Assembly: GCA_000146465.1 (NCBI GenBank)
Contig: CP001950.1
DNA length: 64,000 nucleotides
Strand: one strand, 5' to 3'
How positions within the stretch are numbered: position 1 is the stretch's first letter; each line of letters begins with the position of its first letter. This document shows, piece after piece, positions 57,240-64,000 of the stretch. A program made the position numbers and the translations under genes. Under the pieces are notes generated by a model. It saw nothing but the letters and a program-made list of their open reading frames with translations, was not told the DNA's origin and made no database searches.

Positions 57240-59093
57240 ATGGAAGGAAAATCCGACGTGGAAATCATAGAGGAGTACACCGAGCTTCTTGGAAGCCATG
57301 AAAGCCTGTACAGAAGAAAGACATTGCTTGCAGGTGTTGAAGAAAGAGATCTGTCCTACTTCAACTTCATTGGACAGAACAAATGTAGGAAAACAGTTGT
57401 AGGGTTGTTTGGTTTTGGAGGAGCAGGAAAAACATCCTTGGTTAAGCTGCTTGGAAGCAGAAGTACCATCCAGGCCACTCGTGAGTGTCTATCTACAGAG
57501 ACCCCTTATGAGGCCGAGAGAAGATGCACGATCCATGTCCATCCGACCACTGTTTTCTTGCAAAGAAAAAACGGTATTTCACACATAATGACACTTTTAG
57601 ACACACCCGGACATGCGGATCTGATTCCAGAGACCATCAAGACATTAGAACAGGTAGATACAGTTGTTATGGTTCTTGACATCTGTAGAGATTTATCTCT
57701 CCAGTACGAACTACTTTTTGGTGCTATTGAAGCAAGTAAAAAACCTTTGATTGTGGTATTCAACAAGATGGACCTCATTGGAAAAGAAGGCATTGCAGTT
57801 GCAGCTAGCAGGATAAAATATCTTCGAGATATTATTGAAGCATACTTAAATCCCAGATGCTGGTTTGTAAGCTCTTTCAAGGAGTCCAAGCTCAGTAAAC
57901 TGGATACAACCATAGGCAGATTAATTGAAGAGTATGTAGATGACTTCGATTCATTTATAGAAAGAATTATCAGTAAGGAGCCAATAACACATGGCGATAG
58001 AGACAAGATGGAATGTCTAACTGGGTTTCTATGGGTTGGGGGAGTATTATTGTGCAGCCTTGTGCCTAAAACCGACATCGGTGTAGGATTCCAAGTTGAA
58101 GTGTATGGTACTACCCTGACAATTGAAAGACTCTATCTTCCATTTCCAGGATGTCTTGTGAAAACCCAACAAATTCAAAGCAAGATTGGAGTATTGGCAA
58201 AGTTCCCAGAGGACATGCTACAAAAGGTTGTGATCCCGGGATTCCAAAGGGACCCGAGATTGATGAAGGAGGTTCTTAAAAGAAAAGGAGTGGAATATGG
58301 TAATCCAGAGTTTCTTGAAGTAGAAGATCCCCTGGTTCGAGTCCAGGTGAGTCCTGATAATGAAGATCACTTCTCATTGGGGACTTGGAAGTTAAGGTTA
58401 ATGTATCCAAGTCTGAAGATCGACGGAAAGATTCTGTATGGAGACGGGGAGTTGTTTATGGATACAGTGCTGTATGACTTAAGGAATAGCCTAGGCATAA
58501 AGTTTGAGGTTCTAAGTGTTTCTTCAAATCTTAAGGAAATCTTTGGAGTCTCGTTTACAGAGGAAGTGGATACAGGAAGAGGCCTGGTAGTTGTCAAGGG
58601 AGGCCCTACCAGAACTATGGGCAAAATCCATGACTTTGGAGCAGTAGAGAAACGGATACTGGACAGGGGACTTCTGGCCAAAGATCCCTTTGTACATTCA
58701 TATTTAGAAGTATCTCCTGTGAGCGAAGAAGTGGAGTTGGAATGTCTTAAAAGGTTGGAGAATTCTGTGATCGGACATGTCTCACTTCTAGAGCCTCTAT
58801 ATCTAGTCGAAATAGTATATACTTCAGACTCCGAGGATTTGGTCAATGAAGTGATCACCTCTTCCTTTGGAGAAATCATCTCCCGAAAGCCTTCTCCCTT
58901 CAACGAACTCAAAAACATCCTGTGCTACATCCCTGTTCCAGAGTCGTTTGGGTTTGAGACCGACCTTAGGGTCTATTCCTGCTCAAGAGCAGACTGCGTC
59001 AAGATACCCTTTTATTGGCGTCCTGTGGCAGACAAAGACAGGACTCACCGTCTAGCTAGATTCATAAGAAAAGCCAAAAGGCCCGAGCCATAG
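57240..59093 (+). CDS. EF-G/EF2-family translational GTPase, divergent (EFL1/Ria1-like or Snu114-like)
   Basis: G1 GFGGAGKTS (aberrant). G3 DTPGH. G4 NKMD. The C-terminus ESFGFETDLRVYSCSRADCVKIPFYW matches the EF2/EF-G domain V motif ESFGFTxDLR...F.HW. Confidence 0.55.
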   Translation: MEGKSDVEIIEEYTELLGSHESLYRRKTLLAGVEERDLSYFNFIGQNKCRKTVVGLFGFGGAGKTSLVKLLGSRSTIQATRECLSTETPYEAERRCTIHVHPTTVFLQRKNGISHIMTLLDTPGHADLIPETIKTLEQVDTVVMVLDICRDLSLQYELLFGAIEASKKPLIVVFNKMDLIGKEGIAVAASRIKYLRDIIEAYLNPRCWFVSSFKESKLSKLDTTIGRLIEEYVDDFDSFIERIISKEPITHGDRDKMECLTGFLWVGGVLLCSLVPKTDIGVGFQVEVYGTTLTIERLYLPFPGCLVKTQQIQSKIGVLAKFPEDMLQKVVIPGFQRDPRLMKEVLKRKGVEYGNPEFLEVEDPLVRVQVSPDNEDHFSLGTWKLRLMYPSLKIDGKILYGDGELFMDTVLYDLRNSLGIKFEVLSVSSNLKEIFGVSFTEEVDTGRGLVVVKGGPTRTMGKIHDFGAVEKRILDRGLLAKDPFVHSYLEVSPVSEEVELECLKRLENSVIGHVSLLEPLYLVEIVYTSDSEDLVNEVITSSFGEIISRKPSPFNELKNILCYIPVPESFGFETDLRVYSCSRADCVKIPFYWRPVADKDRTHRLARFIRKAKRPEP

Positions 59094-59129
59094 AATATTA
59101 GGCCGCAGACATCCTTTATTAATGAAGAG

Positions 59130-59933
59130 TTACTTTTTCATTCCACTTTCCAATACTGCAGCCCTGTAGCTTTCATATATTTCTCCTGCAGTGTGATCAA
59201 TGAGTCCATAGATATGGGTACTGAGAAGCAGCTCCCTCAATGCAGGAAGGTCGCAATGCTCCGGGTTGTCTATACTCACCTTTCCCCACTGATAGTTTCT
59301 AGCCCGTGAGTCGAGGTTTTCTCCATCTGCAGAAATGATCAGAAACGGAACAAGGCTGTTTAGATCATTTCCTGCTGTCGGGGAGGAATAGAGCTCGGGA
59401 TCATCCAGGTTAAATGTAGGGATCTTGTAGTATTTTAGCTGTCTTATGACCTGCTTCTTGATCTCAATTCTCTCAGAAATACTCAGCCCGTCGGCTTTAC
59501 TGATCACAGGGATAATGTTAACCAACCCCGAGATCTTCTTCAGAAACACAATGTCTCTGTTCTTAAGCCCAAAAGATGTTGAAGGTATGAAATACAGGAG
59601 GCAATGGACTCTTGTGTCTTCGTACTTGGGATTTCTCCGGATCTTGGATTCCTCTGTTATGAACATGTCTAGCTGAGCTTTGATAAAGTTACAGATTGTC
59701 TCCTGGATCTCTGTATCGTCAAAGGTTTCTCCAAACCCTGGCGTGTCTATCAGGGTGATTCTTTGCATGATTCCTTCGCAGTCCAGGTTAAGCATATAGA
59801 GATCGATCCCTTCTTGGCCTTTCGATGTGATAATCTCTTTCCCTATCAGAGTGTTGAAGAACGATGACTTTCCAGATCCCTTCGGCCCGGCTGCCATGAT
59901 CGTGAATCTTCTGTTCTGTCTCCGAATAATCAT
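59130..59933 (-). CDS. Septin
   Basis: G1 GPKGSGKSSF. G3 DTPGFGE. G4 NIIPVISKAD. Septin-unique element context. Confidence 0.75.
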   Translation of the reverse strand: MIIRRQNRRFTIMAAGPKGSGKSSFFNTLIGKEIITSKGQEGIDLYMLNLDCEGIMQRITLIDTPGFGETFDDTEIQETICNFIKAQLDMFITEESKIRRNPKYEDTRVHCLLYFIPSTSFGLKNRDIVFLKKISGLVNIIPVISKADGLSISERIEIKKQVIRQLKYYKIPTFNLDDPELYSSPTAGNDLNSLVPFLIISADGENLDSRARNYQWGKVSIDNPEHCDLPALRELLLSTHIYGLIDHTAGEIYESYRAAVLESGMKK

Positions 59934-59989
59934 TTGTTTGTTTATTAGCCTAAAGATTTAATAACAAAAGCCGGAACTTTTGGTCTCTA

Positions 59990-60646
59990 TCATTCTAGGC
60001 AAGGTGAAAAGAAGTCTTTGAAGCACTTGCTAATAGCATGGCAAGCATCCACTCCTTCAAGAATCGAGGATTGGAGCCTCTCCTGCACAATCCTTCCGTT
60101 CAGAGATAAGTAAGCAATATTCTTTTTGTTCATTAGATATGCAACAGTAACAACAGGAGTCTTCAGGCTTTCCTCAGTAGACGTAAGGTCAATACAACCC
60201 TCCGAAACAGTGGCTGAATAGCACATATCCCTCAGAGGGATTCCAAAGTATGACAAGCACAAAGTTATGCAATTAATCATTGCAGAAAGAAGAGATCCCC
60301 CATCTTCCCGGACAATAACTTTGATGTCTGCCGATCCTTCAGGAAGCAGGACGCTACTGAAGATGTCCAGTAAAAGCCCCTCATATTCCAGTGCTCTTCT
60401 CTCGTTGATAGGCTCTTGTCTTGAGACCACGTAGAACTCAACCCCAATGCTTATCTTCCCAACCTCTCGAGAACCTCTACATGCAGCAGACACCTGGGTA
60501 TTTCCCTGTCTTATCTCCACAATCCCTTCGTCTCCAACCATTCTTCTCCTTGCCTCGACCCTTCTTAACTCCTTGGGCTTTCTTCCATCTTCTCGGAATC
60601 CCTGTTCAGAGACTAGCATGGCACCAGGACCGAAACAATTTTGCAT
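59990..60646 (-). CDS. Exosome RNase PH-domain subunit (Rrp41/Ski6-like)
   Basis: REDGRKPKELRRVEA, then RNase PH fold spacing. Confidence 0.6.
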   Translation of the reverse strand: MQNCFGPGAMLVSEQGFREDGRKPKELRRVEARRRMVGDEGIVEIRQGNTQVSAACRGSREVGKISIGVEFYVVSRQEPINERRALEYEGLLLDIFSSVLLPEGSADIKVIVREDGGSLLSAMINCITLCLSYFGIPLRDMCYSATVSEGCIDLTSTEESLKTPVVTVAYLMNKKNIAYLSLNGRIVQERLQSSILEGVDACHAISKCFKDFFSPCLE

Positions 60647-60701
60647 AAAATAGCCTTTTGGAGCTGAAAAAAGATTCGCTGGGGAAATCCTCTAAAACAC
60701 A

Positions 60702-61346
60702 ATGGGCCCTGAGTATGCACAATGTAAGGATTTACTTAATTCCAAGAACGTTCGGGATATTGTAAACATATCGAGGCTGCTTGGAATGCCACAGAAGGCC
60801 ACATACTTTACCCTGGCAATTTATTACAAATATATCTTCATGCTCAAGGACAGAGAGGCCATTCCAATAGGTGCAGCATGCATATTACTATCTGGAAAGG
60901 TAAATGGATCACTGAGAAGCCTTGGGCAGATTCTAAGGACAAGCTACAAATACTATGGAATGGATCCAGAAAGGTTTTTTCAGGAAGACTACAAGGATGC
61001 AATCGACATTGAACTTCATGCTTGTATTGCAATGGACTTTAACTTCGAGATGGAGGATCCTTATGGATTTCTGGAGAAGATGTGCATGGACAACGACATT
61101 GACAGGTCAAGGGCGCAAACTATATGGGTTATGCTGAACGATACAATGTATCTACCCTTCGTACTGTCGTTCAGCATAAAAAGCATTGTTGTAAGCTGTA
61201 TATTTATTTCAGACATTGTCAGGGGCAATGGAGAAGAGGACATCAATGGATTCAAAGACAAGTACAAGCTCGCTGAAATTGATAGTGCAGAAATCGGGTT
61301 TATTTCCAACGAGATTGTATCGTTCTATGAGCGTGTATTGAAATAG
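60702..61346 (+). CDS. Cyclin-box protein (transcription-type cyclin C/H-like)
   Basis: Cyclin-box helices (KATYFTLAIYYKYIF...IELHACIAMDFNFEMEDPYGFL). Confidence 0.4.
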   Translation: MGPEYAQCKDLLNSKNVRDIVNISRLLGMPQKATYFTLAIYYKYIFMLKDREAIPIGAACILLSGKVNGSLRSLGQILRTSYKYYGMDPERFFQEDYKDAIDIELHACIAMDFNFEMEDPYGFLEKMCMDNDIDRSRAQTIWVMLNDTMYLPFVLSFSIKSIVVSCIFISDIVRGNGEEDINGFKDKYKLAEIDSAEIGFISNEIVSFYERVLK

Positions 61347-61384
61347 ACAGACATCCACATCGAAAGATTGGCTTCTGAATGATG

Positions 61385-61636
61385 TTATGACATGGTATTT
61401 TTGCAACATTCATCCACCCAGGCTGAATACACATCGATGCCTGTGGTAAGCTTGTTTGCTTCGCAGGTGAAGCTTGCGTCACACACAGAGCAATTTGCAA
61501 ATCCTTTCATCAATGGCCTCTTGACTGTACATTGGACAACGTTTTCATGGTTGCAGACCGGACAGTTGAATCTCTTTTCGAGTTTGGACTGCCTTTTTGG
61601 GGCGTTAATCTTTCTCTTTACCCTTTTCCTACTCAT
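61385..61636 (-). CDS. ELF1: Transcription elongation factor Elf1 (zinc ribbon)
   Basis: MSRKRVKRKINAPKRQSKLEKRFNCPVCNHENVVQC...CSVCDASF matches the Elf1 architecture (basic N-terminus plus C4 ribbon FxCPFCNHE). Confidence 0.75.
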   Translation of the reverse strand: MSRKRVKRKINAPKRQSKLEKRFNCPVCNHENVVQCTVKRPLMKGFANCSVCDASFTCEANKLTTGIDVYSAWVDECCKNTMS

Positions 61637-61703
61637 AAGGGGATCTTTGAAGCTAAATTAACATATCTCTTGGATACATGAGGGTGGGATTTCCAACCCA
61701 GAA

Positions 61704-61988
61704 ATGGACATACTGGATGCTGAGGAAAGTGATGTTGATTTAATCGAGCTTCAAGGAGAGGTTGAGAATATGGAGGCCTTTGATGGGAGGCTCAACAAGG
61801 AGCTTGTTCAGCTTGAGTTTGGAACATGTGTTCTTCACGGAAGAAAGATTGACAAAGAGTTTAATATCATTGAGACAGACGTCTGCAACGGAAGGCCTTG
61901 TTTAAAAGTCATAAAGAAGGTTAAATGTGTATATTTATTTGATAAGCCTCCTAGGTATAGAAGCTCAGGCCTAGGGCGTGGAAACTAA
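61704..61988 (+). CDS. Small hypothetical protein (94 aa). Its 3' end overlaps the UBA3 stop by 4 bp on the opposite strand.
   Basis: Acidic N-terminus, then a small beta-rich domain. No motif. Confidence 0.3.
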   Translation: MDILDAEESDVDLIELQGEVENMEAFDGRLNKELVQLEFGTCVLHGRKIDKEFNIIETDVCNGRPCLKVIKKVKCVYLFDKPPRYRSSGLGRGN

Positions 61989-62837
61989 GCATCCGTGTTG
62001 CACACAATGCATTTTTCGTCTCTGTCTAAAATCAGCTTTTCCAAAGTAATATTCTTCTCCCCGCTGTAGAATATGAAGTCGTAGTGCAGGTTTGTTGCAT
62101 CTATCAACCCGCATGCCAAGCTTGCACACACAGAGTTAATAAAACACACATTCGGAATTATCTCGTCAAACATCCCAACAACATCAAATGCATTTACTTT
62201 CAGATTCTCCTCTGCAAGAGCATTGAATTCATTGATTATTTTCTTGATCTTTTCCTCCCTACTTCCCGGCTCCTCTCTCCTGAGCTCTACCAAGGACCGG
62301 AGTGTTTTCTCTCTGTTTTCCGGTGTTATCTTCTTTGGCAGAGATCCCAAAGAACATATCTCAGGGCCGTCTTCTCTGTATAACTCCCTGATACAATATA
62401 AACATGAAGAGCCTCTGTAGACTGCCTTTGCATGTGCCCTGTATCCACTTATTCCACAGTCGATAAGAAGTTTACACTCAGATTTTCGGAACATCAGGTT
62501 CAGGTTCATTCTTCCTTCGATGTTGTCAAGAGCCCCAAAGATCACGTCGTACTGATTCAAAACATTGATAGGAACCTCCTCTATCCTTCGTACTAGGAAG
62601 CTTGCTCTACCTCCATACTGCTTGTTTATAAACTCGGCTGCCTTCTCTGACTTGTATTTCCCTTGATCCTCCTTTGTAAACATGAAAAGCCTGTGGAGAT
62701 TTGTCAGATGAATTCGGTCATGGTCAACCACAAGTATCTTGCTCGCCCTTCCACCCAAAAGCTTCAGTAGCTCCATTCCAGTTCCTCCACATCCTGAAAT
62801 TAGTTACTCGCCACTTACCAACTAGAACTATCCTCAT
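61985..62837 (-). CDS. UBA3: NEDD8-activating enzyme E1 catalytic subunit (UBA3-like), with a 25-nt intron. Exon 1 is 62819-62837 (ATGAGGATAGTTCTAGTTG). The intron is 62794-62818. Exon 2 is 61985-62793.
   Basis: The spliced N-terminus MRIVLVGCGGTGMELLKLLGGRASKILVVDHDRIHLTNLHRLFMF...KSEKAAEFIN aligns with UBA3 (KVLVIGAGGLGCELLKNL...[20 protein letters not shown]...KAEVAAEFLN). The Rossmann GxGGxG is only completed by exon 1. The catalytic Cys context is SSCLYCIRELY. The intron is GTAAGTGGCGAGTAACTAATTTCAG. Confidence 0.75.
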
Positions 62838-62909
62838 AAAGGGCATAGGCAAAAGACATTTCACATTCAAGACATACTCATTTTTATTTGAGACTCTCAT
62901 GTCAATGTG

Positions 62910-63968
62910 CTAAAAGGTCTTGAGCACATCTGGATACATCTTCATTATCTTTTCCTGTACATCAATGAGAATTAAGGCTTGATAAACAAGAAACAGCTCG
63001 TCATAGCTTACCGCACATTTCAGAGCTTCCTCATAAACATGCCTCCCGTCCTTATCGTTTCTCCCAAGGAGAATCCCTCCTAGATACACATAAGGCTTAA
63101 AGAATCTTCTATCGGCCTCAATTGCAAGCCTGAAGTATTTTTCGGCCAATTCGGCTTCGTTCTTTGTCTGTGCAGCTATCCCTTTGAGCAGAAGAAATCG
63201 AGGATCCTTCTGGAAATGCTCCTCAAAGGTTGACATCACCATCTCCAGTCTCGCATCCTTGTTCCTAATGTAGTATTCACAGGCAATAGACAGGATACTG
63301 ATACTAAGTGGATGGGCTTCAAGTGCTCTGTTCAGGAACTCCTGTGCTCTTTCACTTCTTCCATGCCCCACCTCATAGATTATCCTGTCTACATACAGAA
63401 AGTCATGGTTTTCACATTCTAGTGCCATGTCAATGAACTTCTCATACAATTCATGGTTCTTGAGATTGAGATGGATCTTGGATGCATAGAATAGAACGGA
63501 GACGCTTTTGCTGTTCTTGGACACAAAGTCTTCTATGTCCATAGGTGTATCTCCGTGAAGAGTTTTAAGATACTCCCGGAGGCTGATTGAAAAAATCATC
63601 TTTTCGTTCTCTAGTAGAGAAACAGCTTCCATGTCCTTTCCCCTTACATGGACTATTCCTGCAACCACAAACCTTGATATACTGTCATCTCTCTTCTCTG
63701 CCTTCTCAAAGGCCTCATCGTACTTCCCACCTCGAATAAGCCTAACCAACTCGTCATTTACAAAAGACTCGCTTTCAAACAAATCAGGAAAGGTTGCGAA
63801 GAAGTTTTCATATGAAATCTTGGACGGGCATGCCTCCCTTGTACCTGCCATCTTCCTGGCCTCGGCCTCTGCTTCCAACTTCAAAATCTCCTGTGCAAGC
63901 TTTCTATACTTCTCGTCCTTTGTCACAAGCCCGCACAAAAAGGCATCGCAAAGGGTCTCTCTCCTCAT
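62910..63968 (-). CDS. TPR-repeat protein (may extend beyond the window end)
   Basis: Repeated 34-residue TPR-like helices (YFRLAIEADRRFFKPYVYLGGILLGRND, etc.). Confidence 0.5.
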   Translation of the reverse strand: MRRETLCDAFLCGLVTKDEKYRKLAQEILKLEAEAEARKMAGTREACPSKISYENFFATFPDLFESESFVNDELVRLIRGGKYDEAFEKAEKRDDSISRFVVAGIVHVRGKDMEAVSLLENEKMIFSISLREYLKTLHGDTPMDIEDFVSKNSKSVSVLFYASKIHLNLKNHELYEKFIDMALECENHDFLYVDRIIYEVGHGRSERAQEFLNRALEAHPLSISILSIACEYYIRNKDARLEMVMSTFEEHFQKDPRFLLLKGIAAQTKNEAELAEKYFRLAIEADRRFFKPYVYLGGILLGRNDKDGRHVYEEALKCAVSYDELFLVYQALILIDVQEKIMKMYPDVLKTF

Positions 63969-64000
63969 CTCCAGAGCCCTGTGGCATTCGTATCTTAGCC

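Noticed and set aside
57506-58078. 190-codon minus ORF. The same applies to 58367-58918, 16689-17138, 18272-18799, 20810-21922 and similar.
   Set aside because: All lie antisense within strongly supported genes (EF2-like GTPase, Nob1, acidic RRM protein, SNF2) and have low-complexity translations.
1-64000. Searched for CRISPR repeats, IS/transposon termini, tandem DNA repeats, and prokaryotic operon or defence-island structure
   Set aside because: None present. The sequence is eukaryotic with monocistronic genes on alternating strands. The only protein-level repeats are FG repeats (38406-40349) and an acidic low-complexity tail (18300-18800).

Overview
This window is not prokaryotic. It reads as a highly compacted eukaryotic nuclear genome, most likely microsporidian of the Encephalitozoon type. 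Gene density is about one gene per kb on both strands. Intergenic spacers are tiny, typically 20-300 bp. Proteins are shortened but recognisable eukaryotic housekeeping genes. The histones H3 and H4 are strongly divergent.

I can support about 60 protein-coding genes. Secure calls include TERT, DNA polymerase delta catalytic subunit and a B-subunit, a divergently transcribed histone H3/H4 pair, pyruvate kinase, class-I HDAC, a CCT chaperonin subunit, proteasome alpha and beta subunits, mRNA capping guanylyltransferase, a SNF2 ATPase, XRN 5'-3' exonuclease, Nob1, Pop5, Mpe1/RBBP6, SDS22, a septin, an exosome RNase PH subunit, Elf1, a ZIP transporter, Lunapark, Arv1, a La protein, a Prp40-like WW/FF protein, RPC82 and Edc3.

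Three features are not visible in the ORF track and were found by reading the sequence:
- A 5S rRNA gene on the minus strand at 20286-20403, with a T5 terminator, sitting about 25 bp upstream of the capping-enzyme start codon.
- A ribosomal protein eL39 gene on the minus strand whose ATG is separated from the rest of the CDS by a 31-nt spliceosomal intron.
- A NEDD8-activating E1 (UBA3-like) gene whose first 19 nt, carrying the start codon and the beginning of the Rossmann motif, are separated from the main ORF by a 25-nt intron.

Both introns share the architecture GTAAG[T/G]...[C/T]TAATTTC(T)AG, typical of microsporidian ultra-short introns.

Other observations:
- A truncated MscS-like mechanosensitive-channel gene, probably bacterial-derived.
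- A compositionally odd locus at about 35.0-36.3 kb. It has a 518-bp ORF-free spacer, followed by a C-depleted stretch that is open on both strands.
- An EF2-family GTPase with an aberrant P-loop.
- A truncated XRN.
- The ORF track uses GTG/TTG as 'M' in at least two places, so several true starts are internal ATGs.

I found no tRNA, CRISPR array, transposon or prokaryote-style defence island. No previously undescribed multi-gene system could be supported from sequence alone. The most novel items are listed under findings.
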